From contig JAEDGE010000001.1 of NCBI GenBank assembly GCA_016297675.1, positions 1-45,771 of the forward strand: a stretch of 45,771 nucleotides of DNA, read 5' to 3'. Both the position numbers and the translations under genes were made by a program. Source of the DNA: Oscillospiraceae bacterium. GTDB taxonomy: Bacteria > Bacillota > Clostridia > Oscillospirales > Ruminococcaceae. Below, piece after piece: positions 18,369-29,035 of this stretch (within the stretch, counting starts at the first letter, position 1; the number at the start of each line of letters is the position of its first letter). The notes under the pieces were generated by a model. The model was not told the origin of the DNA. It did not search any database and saw only the letters and a program-made list of their open reading frames with translations.

Positions 18369-19469
18369 TTGAAGTCGATACACGGTGGTGATATTTACAC
18401 TGCGAAGGAACGGCTGCACAGTGACCAGCTACTTGATTTTTCTGCGAATATCAATCCCTTTGGTGTACCAGATTGTGTGCAATCCGCAATTTGTGCAGCA
18501 ATTCCGCAATTGTCACACTATCCTGACCCGAATCAAACCATGCTGACCAATGCCCTTGCTGCGTATCATCATGTACAATCACAGCAGATTATCTGCGGAA
18601 ATGGCGGTGCAGATGTATTATTCCGGACAGTACAGGCGATTCATCCAAAACATGTAGTTATTCCGGTTCCGACTTTTTCCGAGTATGGAAAAGCCTTAGA
18701 GGAGAATGGCTGTTCCGTCACATACTGGAAGATGCCAGAACCATTCGTTTTGACAGAATCTTTCCTGACAGAACTGCAAACGGGAAAATATGATTTTCTG
18801 GTACTCTGCAATCCCAACAATCCCACTGGTTCGCTGCTCTCTACTTCGTTGCTGCAAAAAATCCTGACACTTACTGTACAGAAAAAAATCTTTGTTTTAC
18901 TGGATGAATGCTGTTGCGATATGACAGAAACAGCACTTCAATCTTCTATGATTGCTACTTGTAACGATTATCCGAATCTATTCATTCTAAAGTCCATGAC
19001 AAAACGATATGCGATTCCGGGTTTACGGTTGGGATATGGAATTTGTGCGAATACAGCGTTAGCAGAACAAATCCGGCAGACGGGACAGCCGTGGTCAGTC
19101 AATACGCTGGCATCCGTTGCAGGCTGTGCTGCGTTGCAGGATATTGCCTATCAACAGCAGTTTCAGCAGTTCCTACAGACTGAGCGATGGTTTCTTTATC
19201 ACGCATTGCAGGAGCTGGGATTTACAGTTTGGGAACCAGCAGCGAATTTCGTATTTTTTCATGCAAAACAGTTTTATGATTTAGAGAATGAATTATTACC
19301 CTATCATATTCTTCTGCGGAACTGTGGGAATTATCGTGGTTTGGATGATACCTATTATCGGGTTGCAGTGCGGAAACGAGAGGAAAATATATTTTTATTG
19401 CAATGTCTGAAAGAAATTGTACAGAAAAAGTCAGGAGGGAATCTATGCGAGCAAAATCTATCATGGTAG
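18369..19469 (+). CDS. cobD: L-threonine-O-3-phosphate decarboxylase (PLP-dependent)
   Basis: TTG start after GGGAGG; motifs HGGD, DFSANINP, YPDP, GNG, PTFSEY, CNPNNPTG, SMTKRYAIPGLRLGY. Confidence 0.92.
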   Translation: MKSIHGGDIYTAKERLHSDQLLDFSANINPFGVPDCVQSAICAAIPQLSHYPDPNQTMLTNALAAYHHVQSQQIICGNGGADVLFRTVQAIHPKHVVIPVPTFSEYGKALEENGCSVTYWKMPEPFVLTESFLTELQTGKYDFLVLCNPNNPTGSLLSTSLLQKILTLTVQKKIFVLLDECCCDMTETALQSSMIATCNDYPNLFILKSMTKRYAIPGLRLGYGICANTALAEQIRQTGQPWSVNTLASVAGCAALQDIAYQQQFQQFLQTERWFLYHALQELGFTVWEPAANFVFFHAKQFYDLENELLPYHILLRNCGNYRGLDDTYYRVAVRKREENIFLLQCLKEIVQKKSGGNLCEQNLSW

Positions 19470-20965
19470 TTGGAACCATGTCTTCTGCCGGAAAAAGTGT
19501 GATAACAGCCGGACTTTGTCGTATTTTTCAGCAAGACGGCTTGCGAACGGCACCATTTAAGTCACAAAATATGGCACTCAATTCCTATATTACAAGAGAT
19601 GGATTAGAAATGGGACGAGCACAGGTTATGCAGGCGGAAGCTGCTGGTGTAGAGCCAGATGTCCGGATGAATCCGATTTTGCTCAAACCCACCAGTGAAT
19701 TCGGTTCACAGGTAATCGTGAATGGAGAAGTATATGGTAGCATGCATGCAAGAGAATACTATCAGCAGAAACAAAAGCTTATTCCTGTTATTCAGCAGGC
19801 ATATGAATCCCTTGCAGCTGAAAAGGATATCATCGTACTGGAGGGAGCAGGTAGTCCGGCAGAAATCAATTTACGAGATGTAGATATTGTGAATCTGGGC
19901 ATGGCAGCGATTTCTGACTCTCCTGTCATTTTAGTGGGGGATATTGACCGAGGTGGTGTTTTCGCAGCTATTTACGGAACGATTGCCCTATTGCGTCCAG
20001 AAGAACGCCGCCGAATAAAGGGAATCATCATCAATAAATTTCGTGGAGATGTCAGTATTTTGGAAAGCGGTTTAACTATGCTGGAAGAACTGACTGGCGT
20101 TCCCATTTTGGGGGTTGTTCCCTATTTACCGTTGCATTTGGAAGAGGAAGACAGCCTTGCGACTCAATTGCATCAGCATACACGATTGCCAGAAAGCAGC
20201 TTGGATATAGCAGTCATTCGGTTCCCACACATTTCTAATTTTACAGACTTTACAGCACTGGATGGAATGGATACTGTTTCTGTTCGCTATGTTACCAGTG
20301 TACAAATGTTAGGAGAACCAGATTTACTGATTCTGCCGGGTACGAAGAATACATTATCAGATTTGCGATGGCTACGGCAAAACGGATTAGAGGCAGCAAT
20401 TCAAAAATTACATCAAAAAGGTTGTGTTTTATTTGGTATTTGTGGCGGATTCCAAATGATGGGCAATCTGATTTCAGATCCATATGGTGTAGAAGACGGT
20501 GGGAGTCTGCGTGGTATGGAGCTATTGGATATAGAAACGATTTTTCAGACACAAAAGTACCGTCAGCAAGTACAAGGCAGCATTTGCACAATTCCTGGCA
20601 TATTGCAATCCCTTTCGGGATATCCGGTCAATGGTTATGAAATACATATGGGAGAAACCATTGTTCATACAGCAAATCCATTTACCAAGCGGGAAGATGG
20701 TACATACAACGGATACTGTAATCCAGACGGTAATGTGTATGGAACCTATTTGCATGGTATTTTTGATACAACAGAAACCACTGCATATCTGGTGCAGCAG
20801 CTGCTCCGACAAAAAGGTTTAGAAAATCCCGTGCCTTTTTTGGATTTGCAGCAAAGAAAAGAACAGCAATATGATATGTTGGCAGACACCTTGCGAAAGC
20901 ATCTGAATATCAAACAAATCTACAAAATAATAAATGAATGGGGACAAACACATGAAACCACTTAG
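19445..20965 (+). CDS. cbiP: Cobyric acid synthase (CbiP/CobQ)
   Basis: Motifs GTMSSAGKS, PFKSQNMALNS, EGAGSPAEINL, DIDRGG, NKFRGD, GICGGFQM, GYEIHMG, GTYLHG. Start at ATG 19445 after GGAGG. Confidence 0.97.
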   Translation: MRAKSIMVVGTMSSAGKSVITAGLCRIFQQDGLRTAPFKSQNMALNSYITRDGLEMGRAQVMQAEAAGVEPDVRMNPILLKPTSEFGSQVIVNGEVYGSMHAREYYQQKQKLIPVIQQAYESLAAEKDIIVLEGAGSPAEINLRDVDIVNLGMAAISDSPVILVGDIDRGGVFAAIYGTIALLRPEERRRIKGIIINKFRGDVSILESGLTMLEELTGVPILGVVPYLPLHLEEEDSLATQLHQHTRLPESSLDIAVIRFPHISNFTDFTALDGMDTVSVRYVTSVQMLGEPDLLILPGTKNTLSDLRWLRQNGLEAAIQKLHQKGCVLFGICGGFQMMGNLISDPYGVEDGGSLRGMELLDIETIFQTQKYRQQVQGSICTIPGILQSLSGYPVNGYEIHMGETIVHTANPFTKREDGTYNGYCNPDGNVYGTYLHGIFDTTETTAYLVQQLLRQKGLENPVPFLDLQQRKEQQYDMLADTLRKHLNIKQIYKIINEWGQTHETT

Positions 20966-22034
20966 AGAGGGGCATACCACGGGTGTCTGTGCAGCAGCTG
21001 CTGCATTGGCATCTGTATTGTGGCAGACAACAGGACGATGTCCGGAACAGGTTGCCTATACGTTGCCTTCTGGAAAAACACTTTCTCTGCCGATAGAAGC
21101 AGCAGAAGCATATATATGTGGTGTACGGAAAGACAGCGGTGATGATCCCGATCAGACAAATGGATGTTTGGTTTGTGCGACGGTACAGATTTTGGAAGAT
21201 GAAGGTGCCATCTGTTTTCAAGCTGGAAAGGGCGTTGGGACAGTAACCCGAAAGGGGCTTCCAATTCCAGTAGGAGAACCAGCAATCAATCCCATTCCAC
21301 GGGAGATGATTATAAAAGCAGTCCGTTCTGTCATTGGCACACGCGGTGCAGTGGTAACTATTTCTGTACCCGAGGGAGAACGGATTGCAGAACGCACATT
21401 TAATGGTCGACTTGGTATTGTTGGTGGCATTTCTATTCTTGGGACGACTGGTATTGTTCGTCCAATGAGTGAGGAAGCTATACGGGAATCCTTGCGAATG
21501 GAATTATCTATGTGTCGTGCAGAATATGGGACTGCCTGTGCAATGGTAACAGGGTATGCTGGAGAAAGTTATTTGAAAAAACGGTTCACAGATGGCGGCA
21601 GTATTATATTGTGCAGCAATTATTTAGGTTATCTGCTTGACTGTGCGGAAGAGATGGGAATGCAAACGATTCTGCTTACTGGTGCTGCAGGAAAACTTAT
21701 CAAACCCGCAGCAGATATTATGTATCTGCACAGCCATACAGCAGGCGGACAACGAGAAATCATTTGTACACATGCTGCTCTTGCAGGTGCTTCAATGGAA
21801 CAGGTACAGCAGCTGTATCATTGTAATACGACTGTAGAAATGCAAGAACGATTGTCCAGAATGCCGTTTGCAGAAACCGTCTGGAAGCAAATTACTGAAT
21901 CAGTTTGTAAAAATTGTGAAAGAAGAACGCATTTTCATATTAAAATAGGAGTGATTTTGTTGGATCGGGAGCAGCATGTATTAGCAGAAACGGCATCTGT
22001 ATCGGATGTATTAAAGGAGTGGCGAAGACATTGA
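20952..22034 (+). CDS. cbiD: Cobalt-precorrin-5B C1-methyltransferase
   Basis: Motifs LREGHTTGVCAAAAA, KDSGDDPDQT, GKGVGTVTRKGL, TFNGRLGIVGGISILGTTGIV. Confidence 0.95.
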   Translation: MKPLREGHTTGVCAAAAALASVLWQTTGRCPEQVAYTLPSGKTLSLPIEAAEAYICGVRKDSGDDPDQTNGCLVCATVQILEDEGAICFQAGKGVGTVTRKGLPIPVGEPAINPIPREMIIKAVRSVIGTRGAVVTISVPEGERIAERTFNGRLGIVGGISILGTTGIVRPMSEEAIRESLRMELSMCRAEYGTACAMVTGYAGESYLKKRFTDGGSIILCSNYLGYLLDCAEEMGMQTILLTGAAGKLIKPAADIMYLHSHTAGGQREIICTHAALAGASMEQVQQLYHCNTTVEMQERLSRMPFAETVWKQITESVCKNCERRTHFHIKIGVILLDREQHVLAETASVSDVLKEWRRH

Positions 22035-23245
22035 GGAATCCGTTATGGCTGGTTGGTGGTGGTAGTGGAAATCCGGACTATTTATTACCAGTTGCAAAAA
22101 AAACATTGGAGCAAGCAGATTGTGTCATTGCTTCTCAACGATTTGGAAAGATGTTATCTGTCAAGAAATTTTTACCGTTGATTGACCTTTCCAATTTATT
22201 AGAGCAGCTTCCAACTATGCTCGAAGATGAATCCATTGCTATTCTGGTATCAGGAGACCCTTTGCTCTATAGTTTTTACCGTACTATAAAAAATCACTAT
22301 CCGGACTGGCAGATTCCTGTCATTCCTGGTATTGGTTCCTTGCAATTGTTAGGGGCGAAATTTGGTTTGCCAATGGAGCAGGCATATATTTGCAGTTTAC
22401 ACGGGAAATCTTATACAGCTGGTTCGATTGCCTATGCAGTGACACAGCATTCTCTGACGCTTTTTTTCTGTTCAGCAACAGACGGTGTGAGAGAGATTGC
22501 AAACGCACTTTGCTCTTATGGATTAGAGGACACAACGTTATTTATCGGTGCAAATCTGACTTATGAAACAGAACAGCTCTGGAAGGGAGAACCAAAGCAG
22601 TTTTGTGAGATGGAAAATCCTTCTCTTTGTGTGGTTGCTGTATCCAATCCAGCTCCCAAAAAAATTGGGAATATTGCTTTATTGCCAGATATCGCATTTC
22701 TACGAAATAGTGCTCCTATGACAAAAGAAGAAGTTCGTGCTGTGATTCTCAGCAAACTGCAATTACAGCCGGATAGTATAGTATGGGATATTGGTGCAGG
22801 AACAGGTAGTGTTTCCATTTCATGTGCAAAATGCTGTCCATATGGAACCGTATATGCCATTGAGTATCAGGCATCTGCATTGGAAATCCTGAGAAAAAAT
22901 TGCACCTATTTGCAAGCAGAAAATGTAACCATTTTGGCTGGCAGGGCAGAGCAGGTAATGGCTACGCTTCCTGTACCGGATTGTATTTTTATTGGTGGAA
23001 GTGATGGAGCTTGTTCGTCCATTTTGCAGCAAATACAATCTCTTCCGAAAACGGTTCGGCTTGTTGTCAGCAGCGTGACGTTAGAAACGCAGGCAGAATT
23101 GATGACATTGCTGCAAGATATGCCGCAGTTAGAGATCGTACAAATTGCAGTGGGACGCAGTCGGGCAGTGGGAAAATATCATGTATTGGAAAATAATCAT
23201 CCAGTGATGCTGTTTTCCTGTTTAGCAGGAGGAAAGCGAGAATGA
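22031..23245 (+). CDS. cbiET: Fused cobalt-precorrin C5/C15 methyltransferase-decarboxylase CbiET
   Basis: CbiE part (LVSGDPLLY, PGIGSLQ, SLHG) and CbiT part (MTKEEVRAVILSKL, WDIGAGTGSVS). Start is either TTG 22031, which overlaps the cbiD stop, or GTG 22019. Confidence 0.92.
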   Translation: MRNPLWLVGGGSGNPDYLLPVAKKTLEQADCVIASQRFGKMLSVKKFLPLIDLSNLLEQLPTMLEDESIAILVSGDPLLYSFYRTIKNHYPDWQIPVIPGIGSLQLLGAKFGLPMEQAYICSLHGKSYTAGSIAYAVTQHSLTLFFCSATDGVREIANALCSYGLEDTTLFIGANLTYETEQLWKGEPKQFCEMENPSLCVVAVSNPAPKKIGNIALLPDIAFLRNSAPMTKEEVRAVILSKLQLQPDSIVWDIGAGTGSVSISCAKCCPYGTVYAIEYQASALEILRKNCTYLQAENVTILAGRAEQVMATLPVPDCIFIGGSDGACSSILQQIQSLPKTVRLVVSSVTLETQAELMTLLQDMPQLEIVQIAVGRSRAVGKYHVLENNHPVMLFSCLAGGKRE

Positions 23246-23931
23246 AAAAAGGTATTTTTTATGCAGTTAGCGTGGGAACAGAACCAATGGATTTGACTTT
23301 GCGTGCAAAACAGGTTTTAGAACAAGCAGATGTGATTGTAAAGCCAGTCAGGCAAATCGGTGTTTCTTCGGTTGCTTATAGCATTGCAGCAACAGCTGTA
23401 AACTTGGAACAGACGGAAACATTAGAACTGGTGTTTCCCATGCAGATACAAACAGATTACCGCAATCGGTTACAAGACGGCTGTCTTCAGCCAGTTTGTG
23501 ATTACTTAGAAGCTGGAAAAAATGTAGCAATGGTGACATTGGGCGATGTTTCTATCTATAGTACTGCAACCTATGTGCGACAGGTTTTAGCGGAAAAGGG
23601 ATATGAAACGGTTGTTATTGCAGGAATTTCTTCTTTTTCTGCCGGAGCCGCAAAGGCAAAGTGCAGCCTGTGTGAAAATCAGGAATCTCTGGTGGTATTA
23701 CCTGCTGTGACAAGCAAAGAAGAAGTTGAAGCGGCTTTAGAACAGTTTGATACTTTGGTGTTGATGAAAGCCGGAAGGGCATTGTCATGGTTAATCCCAT
23801 TGCTGACGGAAAAACAGATGCTTTCTCGTACAATTATGCTTTGTAATATTGGAATGGAAGGAGAATATATTGGAACGCCTTTTGTTACGAACACTTCTTA
23901 TTTTACAACGCTCATAATTAAGAAAAAATAA
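23242..23931 (+). CDS. cbiL: Cobalt-precorrin-2/factor II C20-methyltransferase
   Basis: Motifs FYAVSVG, LTLRA, LVFPM, TLGDVSIYST, GISSF, VLMK. Confidence 0.9.
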   Translation: MKKGIFYAVSVGTEPMDLTLRAKQVLEQADVIVKPVRQIGVSSVAYSIAATAVNLEQTETLELVFPMQIQTDYRNRLQDGCLQPVCDYLEAGKNVAMVTLGDVSIYSTATYVRQVLAEKGYETVVIAGISSFSAGAAKAKCSLCENQESLVVLPAVTSKEEVEAALEQFDTLVLMKAGRALSWLIPLLTEKQMLSRTIMLCNIGMEGEYIGTPFVTNTSYFTTLIIKKK

Positions 23932-23966
23932 TTTGGTTAGAAGTCGGAAGGGAGTTCAGATTTAGG

Positions 23967-24722
23967 ATGATATATTTTGTAGGTGCAGGAGCAGGGGATC
24001 CGGAATTACTGACCATCAAGGGAAAACGTTTGATTGATCATGCAGATGTGATTATTTATGCTGGTTCTTTGGTAAATCCAGCTGTTCTGCAAGATAGAAA
24101 GCCGGATAGCATCGTTTATGACAGTGCGGGAATGACTTTAGAAGAAGTGCTTTCTGTCATGCAGACAGCAGAACAGGAAGGAAAGACGACTGTTCGAGTG
24201 CATACAGGGGATGCTTCTATTTATGGAGCGATTCGGGAACAGTTGGATGCATTGGATCGTATGGGAATTGCTCATGAAGTAGTGCCGGGTGTTAGTTCTT
24301 TTTTAGCAGCAGCAGCTGTTTTGCAAAAGGAATATACACTGCCTGACGTTTCTCAGACAGTGATTTTAACCAGAATGGAGGGACGTACACCTGTTCCGGA
24401 AACGGAACAGGTGGAATCACTGGCACAGCATCGTGCAACTATGGTCATTTTTTTATCAGTAGGACAAATTGCAGAATTGGTGCGTCGGTTATCCATTGCT
24501 TATCCAATGCATACTCCTGTAGCAGTGGTTTATAAGGCAAGCTGGCCGGATCAGAAAATTGTAACAGGTACACTGGAAACCATTGCACAACAAGTTGAAA
24601 AAGCTGGCATTCATAAAACTGCACTGGTATTAGTTGGTGAATTTTTAGGGGATACCTATACGCTCTCTAAACTCTATGACAAGACATTTACGCATGGCTA
24701 TCGAAAAGGAATTGTAAAATGA
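23967..24722 (+). CDS. cbiF: Cobalt-precorrin-4 C11-methyltransferase
   Basis: Motifs FVGAGAGDPELLTIKG, YAGSLVN, RVHTGDASIYGAIREQ, SQTVILTR, YKASWPDQ, SKLYD. Confidence 0.96.
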   Translation: MIYFVGAGAGDPELLTIKGKRLIDHADVIIYAGSLVNPAVLQDRKPDSIVYDSAGMTLEEVLSVMQTAEQEGKTTVRVHTGDASIYGAIREQLDALDRMGIAHEVVPGVSSFLAAAAVLQKEYTLPDVSQTVILTRMEGRTPVPETEQVESLAQHRATMVIFLSVGQIAELVRRLSIAYPMHTPVAVVYKASWPDQKIVTGTLETIAQQVEKAGIHKTALVLVGEFLGDTYTLSKLYDKTFTHGYRKGIVK

Positions 24723-25723
24723 AAATTGCATATTACTGTTTGACACCAACGGGAGAACAGCTTGCAAAACAGATACAAACAGCATTTGGTGGTGTTTTGC
24801 GAAAAAAAGAATGTTTTACAGATACTGTTCTTGCACAAGATTTTCAAAGCAAAGATGTCATGGTATTTGTTATGGCAACTGGCATTGTGGTACGAAAAAT
24901 TGCACCGCTACTGCGGTCTAAATTGACCGATCCTGCTGTAATTGTGATGGGACAGGACGGAAAATATGTCATCAGTCTGCTTTCGGGTCACATTGGCGGT
25001 GCAAATGAAATGACGAATGCAATTGCAGCATTGCTGCAAGCAGAACCAGTAATTACAACTGCCACCGATTTACAGGGACAAGTGGCATTTGATGTTGTTG
25101 CAGTAAAAAATCATTTGGTGATAGAAAATCCCAGCATGATTAAAACGATAAGCAGTGCCTTGCTTGTTGGGGAGTGTGTGCAGTTGCAGTCAGATTTATC
25201 TGTACTTAGTGCAGAGAGATATCCACAAATAGTATGGACAGAATCACGGAAAACGACTTGCAAAGTGGTAATTTCTGACCGTCTATTTCCAGAAGAAAAG
25301 AATGCAAAACCAACTTTGTATCTACGTCCAATAGATTTAGTAATTGGTGTGGGATGCAAAAAAGAAATTACATTTGATCATTTAGAATTTTGTTTTCTTT
25401 CCTTTTTGCAGACCTACGGCTATGCAATCTCATCTGTGAAAACCATTGCTACTATTGAACGAAAACGGGCAGAGCCAGCCATTTTGCAGTTGTGTGAAAC
25501 TTATCAGATTCCACTGCAAATTATTTCGGATGAAGCAATTTGCAATTGCCAATATCCATTTGAATCGTCTGATTTTGTCAAGCAAGTGACTGGATTGCCA
25601 GCAGTCGCAGAATCATGCAGTTATCTTGCATCAGAATGCGGAACCGTTTTAACAGGCAAAGTAAAGTATTCAGGTGTAACACTGGCAGCCTGTCGTTGTC
25701 ATCTGCCGCCGGTTCGGCTATAG
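24719..25723 (+). CDS. cbiG: Cobalt-precorrin-5A hydrolase
   Basis: Motifs MATGIVVRKIAP, DPAV, LLSGHIGGAN, ITTATD, GVGCKK, SDFVKQVTG. Confidence 0.94.
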   Translation: MKIAYYCLTPTGEQLAKQIQTAFGGVLRKKECFTDTVLAQDFQSKDVMVFVMATGIVVRKIAPLLRSKLTDPAVIVMGQDGKYVISLLSGHIGGANEMTNAIAALLQAEPVITTATDLQGQVAFDVVAVKNHLVIENPSMIKTISSALLVGECVQLQSDLSVLSAERYPQIVWTESRKTTCKVVISDRLFPEEKNAKPTLYLRPIDLVIGVGCKKEITFDHLEFCFLSFLQTYGYAISSVKTIATIERKRAEPAILQLCETYQIPLQIISDEAICNCQYPFESSDFVKQVTGLPAVAESCSYLASECGTVLTGKVKYSGVTLAACRCHLPPVRL

Positions 25724-25752
25724 AATCACCAATAGAATGGAGGAAAAATAAA

Positions 25753-26505
25753 ATGCAGCCTATCATTTATGCAGTTGGTTTTGGTCCAGGTGACCAGTTG
25801 TATATGACAACACAAGCTGTTTCTGTATTACAAAAAGTAGATATTATTGTTGGATATACTACTTATGTCAAGTTGTTACAGGAACAATTTCCAGAAAAAC
25901 AATTTCTCTCCACTCCTATGCGGCAAGAGGTGGAACGTTGTCAGCTTGCAGTGCAAGTTGCCTTGCAAGGGAAAACAGTCGCAATGGTTTCCAGTGGGGA
26001 CAGCGGCATTTATGGCATGACAGGAATTTTATTAGAGGTAGTTGCTGCACAGGGAGCAAATATACAAGTGGTTGCAGTTCCCGGTGTAACGGCTGCCAGT
26101 GCGGCGGCTTCTCTTTTAGGAGCACCCTTAATGCATGATTTTGCAGTTATTAGTCTGAGTGATTTGATGACCCCCCGTTCTTTAATTGAAAAACGAATTA
26201 CCTGTGCAGCAGTGGCAGATTTTGTTATCTGCCTTTACAATCCCAAATCCAAAAAACGAACCGATCATCTTGCACAGGCAACAGATTTGATCGCACAATA
26301 CCGGAAACCAGAAACACCCGTTGGCATTGTACGGCACGCTGGAAGAGCAGAACAGGCAGTGTGGCTTTCTACCTTGGAAAAACTGAAGGAAGAACCGGTG
26401 GATATGTTCTGCGTGATTCTAATTGGTAACTCTCAGACCTATGTAAAAGACGGAAAGATGATTACGCCACGAGGGTATCAGTTGGAAAGTGAAGTAATGT
26501 TATGA
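25753..26505 (+). CDS. cbiH: Cobalt-precorrin-3/factor III C17-methyltransferase
   Basis: Motifs VGFGPG, VGYTTY, SSGDSGIYGM, GAPLMHDFAVISLSDL, YNPKS, TPRGY. ATG 25753 follows GGAGG. Confidence 0.96.
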   Translation: MQPIIYAVGFGPGDQLYMTTQAVSVLQKVDIIVGYTTYVKLLQEQFPEKQFLSTPMRQEVERCQLAVQVALQGKTVAMVSSGDSGIYGMTGILLEVVAAQGANIQVVAVPGVTAASAAASLLGAPLMHDFAVISLSDLMTPRSLIEKRITCAAVADFVICLYNPKSKKRTDHLAQATDLIAQYRKPETPVGIVRHAGRAEQAVWLSTLEKLKEEPVDMFCVILIGNSQTYVKDGKMITPRGYQLESEVML

Positions 26506-27236
26506 GAAAATATCGAGTAGCAGTCATTGCTGGAACCAGTGATGCCACAGATTTGATTGCTTCTTTGCCAAAATCGTGTGAAGTGACCGCTTTTGTAGCA
26601 ACGCCTTATGGAAAAGAAATTTTAAACGGTACAAATTGTCAGGTTCATGTTGGTCGGCTGGATGCAGATGGATTTTCTGTTGCTTTGACTGGTTTTGATG
26701 CAGTATTGGATGCCTCGCATCCTTTTGCAGTTGTAGTAACAGAAACAGTAAAGACTGTGTGTCAAGCAAAACAGATTCCCTATTATCGAATTGGCAGACC
26801 GACCTTGCAGTATGATTATGAGAAATTATATTCTGTTCCTACCAAGGAAGATGCTGCAGCATGGCTGTCTTCCATTTCCGGCAATTTATTTTTTACTGTT
26901 GGAATCAATACACTTCCGTTTTATGCAGCACAGGTAAAAGATTTTGCAACTCGTTCGTTTGCAAGAGTATTGGATACATCTTCTTCTCATCAAGAAGCAC
27001 AAGCCATTCCGTCACAGTTTTGGTTTGCGATGCCGCCGTATTCTGTAGAAGAAACGGTGCAATTTTTGCGGAAGCATAAAATTGCAGTACTAATTTCTAA
27101 AGATAGTGGTGCAAGAGGCGGTGTGCCGGAGAAAATCAAAGCTGCCAGTATTGTAGGAATACCAGTTTTATTGATACAGTCGCCAGAAGCTACTATTTCA
27201 AAATTTATAAGAGAAAATAATGAAAATAGTTTTTAG
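26502..27236 (+). CDS. cbiJ: Cobalt-precorrin-6A reductase (CbiJ/CobK)
   Basis: Motifs AGTSDA, VATPYG, DASHPFA, SKDSGARGG, EKIKAA. Confidence 0.93.
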   Translation: MRKYRVAVIAGTSDATDLIASLPKSCEVTAFVATPYGKEILNGTNCQVHVGRLDADGFSVALTGFDAVLDASHPFAVVVTETVKTVCQAKQIPYYRIGRPTLQYDYEKLYSVPTKEDAAAWLSSISGNLFFTVGINTLPFYAAQVKDFATRSFARVLDTSSSHQEAQAIPSQFWFAMPPYSVEETVQFLRKHKIAVLISKDSGARGGVPEKIKAASIVGIPVLLIQSPEATISKFIRENNENSF

Positions 27237-27253
27237 AAATATTATTAGATTAT

Positions 27254-27296
27254 AAAAACAGTCTGAGAAGATGATTTCTCTTCTCAGACTGTTTTT
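27254..27296. terminator. Bidirectional intrinsic terminator between convergent cbiJ and dapB
   Basis: Perfect inverted repeat AAAAACAGTCTGAGAAGA / TCTTCTCAGACTGTTTTT with A and T tails. Confidence 0.9.
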
Positions 27297-27315
27297 GATT
27301 TATACAGCTTTTAAT

Positions 27316-28074
27316 TTAAGAAAGTTCAATCAGTTGTTTCATATCGTACAGCCCAGCAGGCTTTCCGCAGAGAAAAACAGCAGCATTTATAGCGCCTTCT
27401 GCAAATACAGTTTTAGAAGCGGCACTATGAGAAAGTGTAATCACTTCATCGTGCCCCGCAAAAATCACATCGTGTTCTCCGACAATCGTACCGCCACGAA
27501 TGGCATGCATGCCGATTTCGTTCTTTTCCCGTTTCATTCTGCGTGCATGACGGTCGTAGACATAGTGATAGCGATTTTCTTTCACTTCATTGATCGCATT
27601 GGCAAGCATAATGGCTGTACCGCTTGGTGCATCAATTTTCTGGTTATGATGCTTTTCTACAATCTCAATGTCAAACTGATCTCCCAGAATGGCAGTTGCA
27701 CGTTTTGCCAGTTCTACCAGTAAGTTAATACCAAGAGACATATTAAAGGTAAAGAATACTGGAATCTGTTCGGCAGCCGTTTTGATTTGTGAAATTTGTG
27801 CTTCACTGTAACCTGTCGTTGCCAGAACCAATGCAACGTTATGGGTAAAAGCATAGTTTAGCAACATATCCAGAGAAGACGGATTAGAGAAGTCAATGAT
27901 AACATCCGGCTGTTCTGGCAGCTGTTCTGCCGTTTCTACAATCGGAAATACATCATATTGTTTCGTGTAGCTGTCAATTCCGCCGATGACTTTGCAATCT
28001 TCTCGATTGGCAATGCAGCCAGCAAGCGTGTGTCCCATTTTTCCGTTTGCACCGCATAAAACAATTTTTGTCAT
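27316..28074 (-). CDS. dapB: 4-hydroxy-tetrahydrodipicolinate reductase
   Basis: Motifs GANGKMG, DVIIDFS, ATTG, NMSLG, EKHHNQKIDAPSGTA, RGGTIVGEH. Start at MTKIV (28074). Confidence 0.97.
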   Translation of the reverse strand: MTKIVLCGANGKMGHTLAGCIANREDCKVIGGIDSYTKQYDVFPIVETAEQLPEQPDVIIDFSNPSSLDMLLNYAFTHNVALVLATTGYSEAQISQIKTAAEQIPVFFTFNMSLGINLLVELAKRATAILGDQFDIEIVEKHHNQKIDAPSGTAIMLANAINEVKENRYHYVYDRHARRMKREKNEIGMHAIRGGTIVGEHDVIFAGHDEVITLSHSAASKTVFAEGAINAAVFLCGKPAGLYDMKQLIELS

Positions 28075-28105
28075 TTGTTCACATCCTTTGTTTTTCAGAG
28101 AGCCC

Positions 28106-28993
28106 TTAAACCAGACCGTGTGCAGCAAGTGCATCGTGCAAAGCAACCTTATGTTCTTCTGTCATTTCATAGAGCGGCATTCTGCATGGACCAGCCGGCA
28201 TTCCCATCTGATTGAGTGCATCTTTCACTGGAATCGGATTTACCTCAATGAATAATTTGTTGATCAAATCCAAGTATTCCAGCTGCATTTTCGTAGCAGC
28301 TGCAAAGTTATTTTCGAGGCAATACTGTGTCATTTGGTGCGTTTCCTTTGGCATGACATTGGACAATACAGAAATAACGCCCTTTCCACCCAGAGACATA
28401 ATTGGCACAATCATGTCATCATTGCCGCTGTAAATATCCACCAAATCACCGCACTGTGCAGCCAGCTTAGCTGTATAACCAATATTGCCAGAGGCCTCTT
28501 TAACAGCAACAATGTTCTTGTGCTGACCGAGTGTCTTTACGGTTGCAACGTCAATGGCAACACCCGTACGACTTGGAATATTGTAGAGAATGATTGGAAT
28601 ATCAACACTGTCTGCAATCATGGTATAGTGCGCAATTAAGCCACGTTGTGTACATTTGTTATAGTATGGTGTAACCAGAAGCAGACCATCTGCACCAAGT
28701 TCCTGTGCTTCTCTGGAGAGTTCAATGGCATACTGTGTGTCATTGCTTCCTGTTCCAGCAATGACCGGAACACGGTTATGCGTATGCTCGACTGCACAAC
28801 GGATGCAGTCACGATGTTCTTCATCACTTAGTGTGGAAGACTCGCCGGTTGTACCACAAATAATAATGGCATCTGTTCCATTTTCAATCTGGAAGTCAAT
28901 TAGTTTTTTCAGTCCCTCAAAGTCAACTGTACCATCTTGCAGCATCGGTGTAACAATAGCAACGCCAGCACCGGTAAAAATTGTATTTTTCAT
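28106..28993 (-). CDS. dapA: 4-hydroxy-tetrahydrodipicolinate synthase
   Basis: Motifs GTTGES, AGTGSN, PYYNK, LYNIPSRTG, VKEASG, SGND, NPIPVK. Confidence 0.98.
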   Translation of the reverse strand: MKNTIFTGAGVAIVTPMLQDGTVDFEGLKKLIDFQIENGTDAIIICGTTGESSTLSDEEHRDCIRCAVEHTHNRVPVIAGTGSNDTQYAIELSREAQELGADGLLLVTPYYNKCTQRGLIAHYTMIADSVDIPIILYNIPSRTGVAIDVATVKTLGQHKNIVAVKEASGNIGYTAKLAAQCGDLVDIYSGNDDMIVPIMSLGGKGVISVLSNVMPKETHQMTQYCLENNFAAATKMQLEYLDLINKLFIEVNPIPVKDALNQMGMPAGPCRMPLYEMTEEHKVALHDALAAHGLV

Positions 28994-29035
28994 AGTGGGA
29001 ACGCTCCTTTCAAATTTGTTGTTTTGTGAGAGAGT